DNA of 64,000 nucleotides from Minisyncoccota bacterium. GTDB lineage: Bacteria > Patescibacteriota > Minisyncoccia > Phycocordibacterales > UBA9973. The DNA lies in NCBI GenBank assembly GCA_041650615.1, contig JBAZKU010000001.1, forward strand, positions 249,216 to 313,215, read 5' to 3'. Both the position numbers and the translations under genes were made by a program. The notes under the pieces are model-generated. The model made no database searches, was not told the DNA's origin, and saw nothing but the letters and a program-made list of their open reading frames with translations. This document shows, piece by piece, positions 36,096 through 45,703 of the stretch (its first letter is position 1; each line of letters starts with the position of its first letter).

Positions 36096-36581
36096 TTATT
36101 TTTTAGCTATTTCTAGTTTTTGAGAATAAAAGCTTTTCATTGTTTTGGGAGAAATTTCATTTTCTGAATTTTTAGAACTCTCTAGTCCTTCTCTAGCTTC
36201 TTTCCACGGTGTCTCATTATGTGTAAGCATTTCTAAATAATCAGCATCTAATCCACCATACACAGACCAAATCTCATCTAAAAGCTTTTTAGCTTCAGTA
36301 GGGATTGTTTTTATTAAAGTTGCGTCCGCTTCTTTTTGTATATAATTAAATCCAAAATCTTTGTATTTAACATACAAACTTTTGATTGCTGGTCCGTGAA
36401 CCCACGCTTCAATTTTTTCATTGAAAAGTTTTTGATTATTAAACACCAAAAACCAAGCTTGTGCATAGTAGACAAGTTTCTGAAGCTTTTTATTAGTTAT
36501 TCCTTTCTTATCTTTATTAGCTTTATCTATAAAGTATTCTGCGACAGTCAAAGCACTTACTTTTTTAGTGACTAAACTCAT
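36096..36581 (-). CDS. Panacea (DUF4065/SocA-like) antitoxin
   Basis: ITNKKLQKLVYYAQ, IEAWVHGP, LEMLTHNETPW. Confidence 0.92.
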   Translation of the reverse strand: MSLVTKKVSALTVAEYFIDKANKDKKGITNKKLQKLVYYAQAWFLVFNNQKLFNEKIEAWVHGPAIKSLYVKYKDFGFNYIQKEADATLIKTIPTEAKKLLDEIWSVYGGLDADYLEMLTHNETPWKEAREGLESSKNSENEISPKTMKSFYSQKLEIAKK

Positions 36582-36661
36582 AATTGTATTATACACTTTT
36601 CTACTTAAATTTACAAAGAGGTGTTGATAAGTATTGTAAACTAAAGTAAACTATATAATAT

Positions 36662-38311
36662 ATGGCTTTTGAATTAGATACAGAAAATAAGAGCAAAAAT
36701 TATTTAGATGAAAAAGAGCTTTTTATTCTATATTATTTATCAAAAAATAAACACATTTCAACACAAGGAAGTAATGTCTTTAGACCTAATGAAAAAACTA
36801 TTTACCATAAACCTGACGGTCTTAATGACGTAGCTGAACTAGAAAAAAATCTTAATAAACATATATTGGAAGCTGAAGAAAAAAGAGAAAAAAAATTACA
36901 ATCTTCAATTGTAGCTAATTATTTAATTGGATTAGGTAGAACTTTTGATGAAAAAAGTTTTGCTGTCTTCGGAGATGCTGATTATAGTTTGGTTGAAGGC
37001 GGATTTTTGACAGATGATTTTCATAAGGAAATGTATGATTATTTAGCTTTATCAAAAGAAAAAAGAGAAAAAGATAAAAAATTAAACAAAGAACAAAAGA
37101 TATTTCTTGAGAATATAATTTCTAAAAAATTAGACCTCAATGACATAGAAACAAGGGTTAGATTTACTAAATTAGCTAACCCACCTATTAAATCTTATCA
37201 GGAAGCTATATTAAATAAAAAAGCAGAAAAAGAATTTATTGAGTTAGTAAATAAGTTAATCAAAGAACACGATGGCGGTAAATGGAATACCGAAGATGTT
37301 GAAAAATTTTTAGAGATATATTACAAGCACAACAAAGAACAATTTAAGAAAAATGTTACTACTCCAAGAACGTGGCTTTTTGAAGACAACCAAACCAAAC
37401 TTGCCAATCTTATTTTTGCACATACTGATTTTCATTTATTTATAAAAGATAATACAAAATTAAATAATTACTTAAAAGAATATATAAAACTTTTCAAAAA
37501 AGATGAGCTTGATAAATTAAGTAATAAAGGTCTAACTGGAAGCTTTTTTACAACAAGTAGATTGATACCTCTAAATAATCAACTTTGGGGCTTTGAAAAA
37601 CAAAAGGAAATTTTAGTACAACATATTGAAAAAAACTTTAATGAGTATAAAAAAAGTAGCTTACAAATAAGCCATCCATATTTTGAACCTGTTTATGAAG
37701 GCGATACAGAAGAAGGAATAACAGAGATTACTATATCTCCTAAAAATGAAGATGAGGCAGACCGATTTTTATTTGTGCATACAATAATAGCTCTTGAATA
37801 TAAGAAATTTCTTGAGATTAAAAGTTTATTTTATGGATATATGGATTTGTTTGATTTATATGACAGAGGTTTTGTATTTCAAATTAAATTACCTAAAGAA
37901 GTAAATAATAAAGATGAAGAAATAACAGAAATTTCAAAACCAGTTAAAAAATCAAACATTAAACCTTTCTTGGTAACAAAAAACAAAAAGGGTTATCTAA
38001 AGTTTGCAAAAAATAGCCCCAATATATTTATTGGGAGTATAACAACTCGGAAATTTAGACTACTACAAGCACTTATGGAGCCAATAGAAACCATTGGTAC
38101 AGCCAGAAAAATAGACAAAGTTTTTGAAGCAATTAAATTACCAAGAGATAACAATGACCCAAAACTAAAGGATAATTACCTTAGTCGTGACAGGAAGCTG
38201 TCAATTATTCAATACACAATAAAAGAAATACAAAAGATAAAAAAACTACAAAGAAAAATACACTTTTCGTTTGGTGAAAATAACCAAATAATCTGGGCAG
38301 ATTTTACTTAA
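36662..38311 (+). CDS. Hypothetical protein within the element
   Basis: 549 aa open frame; C-terminus basic, possibly winged-helix-like (inference). Confidence 0.7.
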   Translation: MAFELDTENKSKNYLDEKELFILYYLSKNKHISTQGSNVFRPNEKTIYHKPDGLNDVAELEKNLNKHILEAEEKREKKLQSSIVANYLIGLGRTFDEKSFAVFGDADYSLVEGGFLTDDFHKEMYDYLALSKEKREKDKKLNKEQKIFLENIISKKLDLNDIETRVRFTKLANPPIKSYQEAILNKKAEKEFIELVNKLIKEHDGGKWNTEDVEKFLEIYYKHNKEQFKKNVTTPRTWLFEDNQTKLANLIFAHTDFHLFIKDNTKLNNYLKEYIKLFKKDELDKLSNKGLTGSFFTTSRLIPLNNQLWGFEKQKEILVQHIEKNFNEYKKSSLQISHPYFEPVYEGDTEEGITEITISPKNEDEADRFLFVHTIIALEYKKFLEIKSLFYGYMDLFDLYDRGFVFQIKLPKEVNNKDEEITEISKPVKKSNIKPFLVTKNKKGYLKFAKNSPNIFIGSITTRKFRLLQALMEPIETIGTARKIDKVFEAIKLPRDNNDPKLKDNYLSRDRKLSIIQYTIKEIQKIKKLQRKIHFSFGENNQIIWADFT

Positions 38312-38474
38312 TTTCCTTGATGCCTAGAGGGAAAAATTAAAATGGCTTTTGATATGCACAGAGGGATATTATAAACCCTCTTATTTTTTTTATTTATAAA
38401 TAATAAATAAAAACAAAAAACCCTCTCGTCCCCTCTAGCTGATTTTTGCTTAGAGGGTTCTTCATAATGCTTTT

Positions 38475-38636
38475 ATGCAGGATAAGAAAGAAACAAAAAA
38501 AGAATTAAATCCAAAACTATTGGATTTATCGCCTGAAGATAGTCGTGATTTAGGTAGTTTCTTTACCTTGCTTATAAAAATAGATAAGCGAGTAAATCCT
38601 GCAAATTATCAACTTAATAAAAAAGAATATGATTGA
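38475..38636 (+). CDS. Small hypothetical protein, 53 aa (absent from the ORF track)
   Basis: MQDKKETKK...GSFFTLLIKIDKRVNPANY...; overlaps the Rep start; CATAAT 6 nt upstream. Confidence 0.6.
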   Translation: MQDKKETKKELNPKLLDLSPEDSRDLGSFFTLLIKIDKRVNPANYQLNKKEYD

Positions 38637-39747
38637 TACAGTCCGTCTCTTAATACCAAAAGAGAAAATGAGTTTCTTGTCTAGTGTGTCAAATTGGGAA
38701 CTTTATTCAAAAACAGAACAATACTCTAAATTTGTTCGCAATCCAAGTAAGGCAGAAAAAGAAACTGGAAATTACTTTCCTAGATTAACAGGATATAAGA
38801 GAAAGTATTCAATGGATGCAAATGTAATACTTGAGTTCTCTGTGCCTAAGCTACTATATCTAAATAATCTTGATGAACTAACAGACAAAAATTTTAATAT
38901 GGTCATAGAAGCTCTACAAGATAGATTAAAAGATATGGGAGTATTACTGACAAAATATGTCATAGAAAACGCCTCAGTTAGCTCGGTTCATTTCTCCAAA
39001 AATATACTTCTCAAAGATGGATATACAGCAACACATATTATATCCGAATTAGGAAAAATAGATTTAAGAAAAAGTTTTGATTTTGCAAAAACTAGATTTC
39101 TAAATGACGGACAGAGTATCTATGCTCACACAAACGCACACGAACTTGTTATTTACGACAAGGTTGCTGACTTAAAGAAAGATAAAAAACGAGCAATAGA
39201 TAAAGACCAAACCCTATATCAAAGAAGTTTGTTTGCTGAATTAAATAAAGATAAAGAATTAAAGGAAATTCTTCGCATTGAAATTCGTCTAAATCAAAAA
39301 CAGAAAATGAATAAAATCTTGGAAAATTTAGGATATGAAAAAAATCCGAAATTTAAGGATGTGTTTAATTCAGAGATGAGTAAGAAAGTAGTAAATGAGT
39401 ATTGGAAGAAATTGATATTAGACAGAAACTCTGGACTGTTTTCAATCAATCTTAGTATTAAAGATACACTGCAAGTTATGTTTTTAACGGATAAAAAATT
39501 AAAACCAAACAAAGCAGTTTATTTATTAGGACTGTATATACTTGCTAAAGATGAAAACGGTATTAGACAATTAAGAAGTATTGTTGAAAAACGAGTACAC
39601 GAACGAACTTGGTATCGTATGGCAAAAGAATTAAGATACGCAAACGAGATTATAACCAAAAATAACCTTAGAGATTGGGTTAAACAAATCAATAAAACCC
39701 TTGACGACTTCAAGCCATATAGGCATAAAGAGTTGTTCACTGATTAA
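38629..39747 (+). CDS. Putative rolling-circle replication initiator (phage gII/X, CRI-like)
   Basis: MIDTVRL start, EFSVPKLLYLNN, VIYDK and LRIEIRL motifs. Confidence 0.7.
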   Translation: MIDTVRLLIPKEKMSFLSSVSNWELYSKTEQYSKFVRNPSKAEKETGNYFPRLTGYKRKYSMDANVILEFSVPKLLYLNNLDELTDKNFNMVIEALQDRLKDMGVLLTKYVIENASVSSVHFSKNILLKDGYTATHIISELGKIDLRKSFDFAKTRFLNDGQSIYAHTNAHELVIYDKVADLKKDKKRAIDKDQTLYQRSLFAELNKDKELKEILRIEIRLNQKQKMNKILENLGYEKNPKFKDVFNSEMSKKVVNEYWKKLILDRNSGLFSINLSIKDTLQVMFLTDKKLKPNKAVYLLGLYILAKDENGIRQLRSIVEKRVHERTWYRMAKELRYANEIITKNNLRDWVKQINKTLDDFKPYRHKELFTD

Positions 39748-39785
39748 AAGTTGCTATGTAAAGTATTGTCAAGTATAATATAAAT

Positions 39786-39998
39786 ATGAAATATAAAATA
39801 TGTTCACAAAAATTAAGAGACGGAAGATGGAAACCTGCATATTTACCTCCTATCAAACAGGTTGGAACAGAAAGTTTGGAATTTTCTGAACCTACAGAAA
39901 TTGATAAACATTTTCAAACTAAAGAAGATGCCGATAGTTGTGCATTATTACACTTAACCAAAAAAGGAATTAAAAATGAAGAAATTGAATACAATTAA
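39786..39998 (+). CDS. Hypothetical protein
   Basis: 70 aa ORF; TATAAT 6 nt before the ATG. Confidence 0.55.
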   Translation: MKYKICSQKLRDGRWKPAYLPPIKQVGTESLEFSEPTEIDKHFQTKEDADSCALLHLTKKGIKNEEIEYN

Positions 39999-40164
39999 AG
40001 AATTTTATAAAGCTGAAGATTTAGCAGAAAAATTAGATGTAAACATTATGACTATTTATCGCTATATCAAAGCTGGCAAATTAAAAGCGTACAAAATTGG
40101 TCGGGAGTATAGAATTGATAAGGTTGAATTTAATGCTTTTCTTAAAAAAGTAAGCACAAGATAG
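39976..40164 (+). CDS. Excisionase-like HTH DNA-binding protein
   Basis: EDLAEKLDVNIMTIYRYIKAGKLKAYKIGREYRI. Confidence 0.9.
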   Translation: MKKLNTIKEFYKAEDLAEKLDVNIMTIYRYIKAGKLKAYKIGREYRIDKVEFNAFLKKVSTR

Positions 40165-40167
40165 GTT

Positions 40168-42162
40168 ATGAATACACTTACAAACTCAATTGAATACTTA
40201 GATATAAATGAAACAGTTTCAATACTAGGAGTGTCTTCAGCAACAATAAGAAATTGGATTAAATATAATTACATAACACCAAAAGAAACACCAAACAAGA
40301 AACTGGTATTTCATTCCAACCAAATCAGAGAGCTTAAAGAAAGAATTGCTTCAGGAGAAGTAAATCGTTTGAACAAAAGAGCTAACAAAAAGAACTCGTG
40401 CAACACTTTTATACCTGATGAATATGCAGATAATCAAGAAGTAATAAAACTAGTTCAGGAAATCCTAGAAAATCATAAAATAAACAAACTACAGATAGAT
40501 AAAGTATTACTAGTCCTAGCAATAAACCTACTAAAAAATAATAACCTCGTTAATTATAAAAAGTTATCTAATCTAGCAGAATTAGATTACAAGAACGAAA
40601 TAATTAAGAACGAAATAAATTGGTGGTTAGAAAAAATAGAAGATAAAACAATAGATAAAAATTATGCAGAATTATTGAGTATTACTATCCCTAAAATAAC
40701 AGATATTCTAGGGTTAGTTTATCAATCCCTATCAACAGAAGGAAGTAAGGCAGAAGGCGGTTCATATTACACACCAAAAAAAGTGGTTGATGAAATTATT
40801 GATAATTATGTAGAAAAAAATCACACAGTATTAGACCCTTGTTGCGGTACAGGACAATTTATACTTTCAATTGCAAGAAAAGTAAAAGACCCAACTAAAA
40901 TATGGGGTTTTGATATTGATGAAAAAGCTGTAAGATTAGCCAGATTAAATTTAATACTTCATTTTTCTAATGTTGATTTTGAGCCACATATTTATCATAA
41001 AAACACCTTAACTGAAATAAACTCTTCTGGTCTATTTTCAGAAAACAATATACCAATGTTTGATGTAATTGCTACTAATCCGCCTTGGGGTGTACATTTT
41101 TCAAAAAGTGAAACTTATGAATTACAAAATCTATTTCCTGTAATTAAATCAGGAGAAGCATTCTCTTACTTCATATATAAAGGTCTTGAACTGCTAAAAG
41201 AAAATGGTATCCTATCCTTCATACTTCCAGAGTCAATACTTAATATAAAAACACACAGAGATATTCGTGAAGTACTTGTAAATAAGACAACAGTAAAAAA
41301 AGTAAAATACCTAAATCGTGTATTTAAGAATGTATTTACTCCAGTAATCAGACTTGATGTTATAAATAAAAAACCTCATTTCACAAATAAAATTAAAGCA
41401 GAAAAAGATGGTTCTACATACGAAATTGAACAAACGAGAATACAGAACAACCCTGACCGTATTCTTAATGTTTTTACAGATACAGCAGATATATCCCTGT
41501 TTGATAAAACTTATGAAATACCACATACAACACTAAAAGATAAGGCAGAATGGGCTCTAGGGGTTGTTACGGGTGATAACAAAAAACATTTATCAGACAA
41601 AAAAACAAAAACGAATGAACCAATTTTGACAGGAAAAGACATTAAGAAGTTTACCGCAATTTCAGCTTCAAACTTTATTGAGTTTAATCCTGATAATTTT
41701 CAACAAGTTGCTCCTGAATACAAATATCGTGCTAAAGAAAAATTGATTTATAAGTTTATATCAAAGGAACTTGTTTTCTCCTATGATGACAAACAAACGC
41801 TAACATTAAACAGTGCAAATATACTTATACCCAAAGTTGATAACTATCCTATAAAAACCATTTTAGCATTATTCAATTCTTCTTTATATCAATTACTTTA
41901 TCAAAAAAAGTTTGGGGCAATTAAAATACTGAAAGGAGATATTGAACAACTACCACTTCCAATAATAGACAAAGGAAAGCACAAAGACATTGAAAGAATT
42001 GTAAACAAACTGCTAGATAATACAAAACCTACCGAAAATAGAAAAAGAGTTTATCTGGAATTAGATGATTATATAATGAATTTGTTTAGTTTGAAGAAAG
42101 AAGAAAAAGATTATATAAGAAAATCAATTAAAGTGTCGGACAAATTATTAAATAATATATAA
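40168..42162 (+). CDS. Amino-DNA methyltransferase (TaqI-like order) with N-terminal HTH
   Basis: GSYYTP, LDPCCGTGQF, ATNPPW; C-terminal target recognition region. Confidence 0.92.
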   Translation: MNTLTNSIEYLDINETVSILGVSSATIRNWIKYNYITPKETPNKKLVFHSNQIRELKERIASGEVNRLNKRANKKNSCNTFIPDEYADNQEVIKLVQEILENHKINKLQIDKVLLVLAINLLKNNNLVNYKKLSNLAELDYKNEIIKNEINWWLEKIEDKTIDKNYAELLSITIPKITDILGLVYQSLSTEGSKAEGGSYYTPKKVVDEIIDNYVEKNHTVLDPCCGTGQFILSIARKVKDPTKIWGFDIDEKAVRLARLNLILHFSNVDFEPHIYHKNTLTEINSSGLFSENNIPMFDVIATNPPWGVHFSKSETYELQNLFPVIKSGEAFSYFIYKGLELLKENGILSFILPESILNIKTHRDIREVLVNKTTVKKVKYLNRVFKNVFTPVIRLDVINKKPHFTNKIKAEKDGSTYEIEQTRIQNNPDRILNVFTDTADISLFDKTYEIPHTTLKDKAEWALGVVTGDNKKHLSDKKTKTNEPILTGKDIKKFTAISASNFIEFNPDNFQQVAPEYKYRAKEKLIYKFISKELVFSYDDKQTLTLNSANILIPKVDNYPIKTILALFNSSLYQLLYQKKFGAIKILKGDIEQLPLPIIDKGKHKDIERIVNKLLDNTKPTENRKRVYLELDDYIMNLFSLKKEEKDYIRKSIKVSDKLLNNI

Positions 42163-42167
42163 AACTT

Positions 42168-42905
42168 ATGGAATACTTAAAAGAAAAATTAAATAAACTT
42201 ATTGATGAACTTTCATCAGACAAAAGAGATATAATAAGGTCTCGTTTATCTGATTTGGTTTCTGTTTATCCTTTTAATGAATATGAATATATAATTTCAT
42301 CCTTAATGGGTTTTGGAAAAATAACACTAGATGATTACTATGAGATTAGAGACGACTATGTATCTCGCAATATGTATCTATATATCTTTGAGATAGCTTC
42401 CCCAAGAGGATTTGGAGAATTATGGGCACAAGGTCATATTAAAGAATTAGAACCTGATTTTATAAAACCTACTAAAAAGGTGGATGAAAATTATAGCGGA
42501 CAATATGATTTAGCTTTACCAATAGAAAATAAATTTATCACAATAGAAGTTAAAGCATCTAGGGCTGTTGATGGTGGTAGTTCTGAACCATTGTTTGTTA
42601 AAGCCCTTTCTTATGAATGCAAGAGCCCTTTTTGGATGAACTTTCAACAAATTAAACCAGCTTGTGCTGATGTGTTTTTATGGGTTGCTGTTTGGAGAGA
42701 TGTTATAAAATACTGGGTTCTATCTTCAGATGAAGTTAAAAACAATAAATACTATTCAAAAGGTCAACATCGTGGAAATAATGGTGAAGGTCAGTTGCAT
42801 ATAAAAGAAGATAATATAAATGAGTTCAAAAAATATGAGGTTAAATCTAATAAACTTAAAGAAGCAGTAATAGATGCTTACAAAAGACAAAAAGGGATAA
42901 AATAA
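42168..42905 (+). CDS. Putative restriction endonuclease, PD-(D/E)XK
   Basis: GQYDL...IEVKAS, FQQIKP; adjacent to the MTase. Confidence 0.75.
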   Translation: MEYLKEKLNKLIDELSSDKRDIIRSRLSDLVSVYPFNEYEYIISSLMGFGKITLDDYYEIRDDYVSRNMYLYIFEIASPRGFGELWAQGHIKELEPDFIKPTKKVDENYSGQYDLALPIENKFITIEVKASRAVDGGSSEPLFVKALSYECKSPFWMNFQQIKPACADVFLWVAVWRDVIKYWVLSSDEVKNNKYYSKGQHRGNNGEGQLHIKEDNINEFKKYEVKSNKLKEAVIDAYKRQKGIK

Positions 42906-42908
42906 ATT

Positions 42909-44426
42909 ATGAAAGCAATAATCGTAGCAAGAGTATCAACAGACGAACAAAAAGAGAACTCCCCAAGTGCTCAACTATTCAGAATGCAACATTATTGTGA
43001 AAATCGTGATTTTATAATTTCTAAAGAATTTAGTTTTATAGAAAGTGCTTACAAAATAAAAAGAGATGAATTTGATAACATCATTGAGTTTATTGAGGAT
43101 TGTATAAAGAGAAAAGAAAAAATAGCTGTATGTTTTGATAAAGTAGATAGATTATCAAGAAACATTTTTGATAAAAGAGTGGCTTGGTTATATGAAAAAG
43201 CAATCAATAATGAAATTGAACTTCATTTCGTATCAGATAGCCAAGTCATTAACGATAAGATGAATGCAGGCGATAAATTTGCTTTTGGAATGAAACTAGG
43301 GCTTTCTAAATACTATTCTGATGCTATTAGTGATAATGTAAAACGTGCCTTTGAGCAAAAACGAAGAAATGGCGAATGGACAGGTGCAGTTCGCTTGGGC
43401 TATCTTAATGTACCTGCTGATATAGAAAAACGATTGAGAAAAGACATAATCATAGACCCTGAACGGGGATATTTAATAACTAAAATGTTTGAAATGTATG
43501 CAACTGGTAATTATTCACTAGAAACTATAAGAAAAGAAATTACTGATTTAGGATTACGAAGTTTGAAAGAATTTAAGTTGTCAAAAAGTTGCGTAGAAAA
43601 TATACTAAAAGACCCATTTTATTGTGGAATAGCAACTTCAAAGAAATATGAGCAAACTTGGGTACATAAATATCCTCGTTTAATAACTCAAGAACTATTT
43701 GAGAGATGTAAAGAAATCAGAGAAGGTAAAAATAAAAAACGCTCTAAATTTGTTTCAAAAGAATTTATATTCAAAGGACTTCTTACCTGTAAAAATTGTG
43801 GTTGTATGTTAAGCCCTGAAATACATAAAAAGAAAAGTGGTTTGACCTATGTTTACTATTCCTGCACTAATTCTAAAGGTATATGTAAACGCCAGTATGT
43901 ACCTGAAACAGCCCTTCTTAAGCCAATTTACAAGGTTTTAGACCAGTTTGAAGGTATTACAGAAGAAGCCCAGAATACTATCGTTAAAGAGCTTAGGGAA
44001 ACTACAGAAGCAGAGGTCACCTTTCATAAAGCCCAAGTAAATCGTATTAGAGCAGAATACGACCAGTTAAAAAAGAAAGATGATAGGTTGCTTGAAATGT
44101 ACCTTGAAGAAGATAAGAGTATTACTAAGGACATCTATGACAAAAAACATCAAGAGTATCACGACAAGATACAACTTTTGGAAATTGAATTATCAGAACA
44201 TACAAATGCCGATTATGACTATCAAACCACTGTGGCTACAGTACTTTCTGTCGCTCGCAGAGTAAAGGAAATCTTTGAAAGTTCTGAACCATACGAAAAA
44301 AGAGCAATTTTGAATTATTTACTTCAGAACCCTGTTGTAAATGAGAAAAAGCTAGAGTTTACAATACGTTCTCCATTTAATTTAGTGCTTGAACTAGCTA
44401 CTAGTCCTAACTGGCTCCGGGGGTAG
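42909..44426 (+). CDS. Large serine recombinase (integrase)
   Basis: ARVSTDEQ catalytic Ser, DRLSRN, recombinase domain, CKNC...YYSC...C zinc ribbon, coiled coil. Confidence 0.96.
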   Translation: MKAIIVARVSTDEQKENSPSAQLFRMQHYCENRDFIISKEFSFIESAYKIKRDEFDNIIEFIEDCIKRKEKIAVCFDKVDRLSRNIFDKRVAWLYEKAINNEIELHFVSDSQVINDKMNAGDKFAFGMKLGLSKYYSDAISDNVKRAFEQKRRNGEWTGAVRLGYLNVPADIEKRLRKDIIIDPERGYLITKMFEMYATGNYSLETIRKEITDLGLRSLKEFKLSKSCVENILKDPFYCGIATSKKYEQTWVHKYPRLITQELFERCKEIREGKNKKRSKFVSKEFIFKGLLTCKNCGCMLSPEIHKKKSGLTYVYYSCTNSKGICKRQYVPETALLKPIYKVLDQFEGITEEAQNTIVKELRETTEAEVTFHKAQVNRIRAEYDQLKKKDDRLLEMYLEEDKSITKDIYDKKHQEYHDKIQLLEIELSEHTNADYDYQTTVATVLSVARRVKEIFESSEPYEKRAILNYLLQNPVVNEKKLEFTIRSPFNLVLELATSPNWLRG

Positions 44427-44486
44427 GGATCGAACCTACGACCAATCGCTTAACAGGCGACCGCTCTACCGCTGAGCTACCCCGGA
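44412..44486 (-). tRNA. tRNA-Asn(GTT)
   Basis: TCCGGGGTAGCTCAGCGGTAGAGCGGTCGCCTGTTAAGCGATTGGTCGTAGGTTCGATCCCTACCCCCGGAGCCA. Confidence 0.97.
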
Positions 44487-44728
44487 ATATTTACTATTTT
44501 GTTTTTTATAAACTTTCTTCCCGCACAACTTTTAAAATACTTTTCTCTTTTTCTTGCATCGCTTATATTTGCTAATTCTTCTGTATAAATTATACTCCAC
44601 GGCATATATTGTTTTGTATAATAACTTAACCCTGAATTGTGTTCCAATAAACGACGTTTCAAATTTGTTGTACTACCAACGTATAATTTTGGATATTTTA
44701 AGCTTTTTAATATATAAACATAAGCCAT
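44477..44728 (-). CDS. Small GIY-YIG nuclease
   Basis: YVYILKS...LYVGST...RRLLEHNSG...REKYFKS; its stop lies inside the tRNA 5' end. Confidence 0.92.
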   Translation of the reverse strand: MAYVYILKSLKYPKLYVGSTTNLKRRLLEHNSGLSYYTKQYMPWSIIYTEELANISDARKREKYFKSCAGRKFIKNKIVNIPG

Positions 44729-44750
44729 ATTGACAATGAGTTAAACTACC

Positions 44751-44788
44751 CCCGCCTCGACTCGCAAAACTCGTCGACGCGAGGCGGG
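44751..44788. repeat. 38-bp palindromic insert splitting a degenerate tRNA-Asn 5' copy
   Basis: CCCGCCTCGACTCGCAAAACTCGTCGACGCGAGGCGGG. Confidence 0.75.
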
Positions 44789-44894
44789 CCGGAATTTATT
44801 TAATTTAATTAAAGAACTTTTATAATCTTAACAGAAAACGAGTAAAAAACAACTACGAGTTATTTTTTTATCTTGGTAAAAGTTCAAACCTATT

Positions 44895-45701
44895 TTAAGA
44901 AAGTTTTTTGTAGAAAAAAGCTAAAGCAAAAAATAAAGCATTTATCATTACAATGATTGCTCCTGTTGGCAAATCCAAGAAAAAAGAAAGGGTAATTCCC
45001 AGCAGTACAGAAATAAGCGAAACAATACTTCCGATAGCCATTGCCATTTTAAAACCCTTTGCAAATTGCAATGCCGTAGCAGCTGGAAGGATTAAGAGCG
45101 CAGACACTAACATTATACCAACCATCTTTACTGACAAAACAACAGTGATAGCTGTAAGCAAGGTAAGGATCATATTTATAAAATTTGTTCTTATGCCTGT
45201 TGTTTTTGCATATTCTTCATCAAAAGTGGCAGAAAATAAATCCCAATAAAACAAGTAGATCACAGCCAAAACAACTAACGATAATACTATGGATAAAATA
45301 ACTTCAGTATTACTAATAGCTAAAATACTACCAAAGAGATAACTAAATAAATCAACATTGAACCCGCTAGATACACTGGCAAGAATTACCCCTCCCGCAA
45401 TACCCACGGCAGATATTATCCCTATGGCTGAATCACCATAGACTTTGGCTTTCTCGCTAATTTTTAAGATTAAAATAGAGGCAATCATGACAACGGGAAC
45501 AGCTATATAGAAAGGATAGATTCCAAAGAATAATCCTAATGCTATTGCTCCAAAACTTACATGGGAAAGACCATCACCAATTAAAGACATTTTTCTTAAT
45601 ACTAAAAATAAACCGAGGACTGAACACACAATGGCAACAAAAGAACCAGCAAAAAAGGCTTTCTGAATAAATGAATATTGTAAAAAATTTAATATATCCA
45701 T
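44895..45701 (-). CDS. znuB: Zn/Mn ABC transporter permease
   Basis: LIGDGLSH, YLFGSILA, TFDEEYA. Confidence 0.92.
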   Translation of the reverse strand: MDILNFLQYSFIQKAFFAGSFVAIVCSVLGLFLVLRKMSLIGDGLSHVSFGAIALGLFFGIYPFYIAVPVVMIASILILKISEKAKVYGDSAIGIISAVGIAGGVILASVSSGFNVDLFSYLFGSILAISNTEVILSIVLSLVVLAVIYLFYWDLFSATFDEEYAKTTGIRTNFINMILTLLTAITVVLSVKMVGIMLVSALLILPAATALQFAKGFKMAMAIGSIVSLISVLLGITLSFFLDLPTGAIIVMINALFFALAFFYKKLS

Positions 45702-45703
45702 AA

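Larger units (their letters stand above)
35317..44430. mobile_element. Integrative element at tRNA-Asn (left end 35317 or about 35521)
   Basis: Serine recombinase running into the tRNA, Rep, Xis-like HTH, R-M and TA genes, tRNA-end repeat. Confidence 0.85.
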
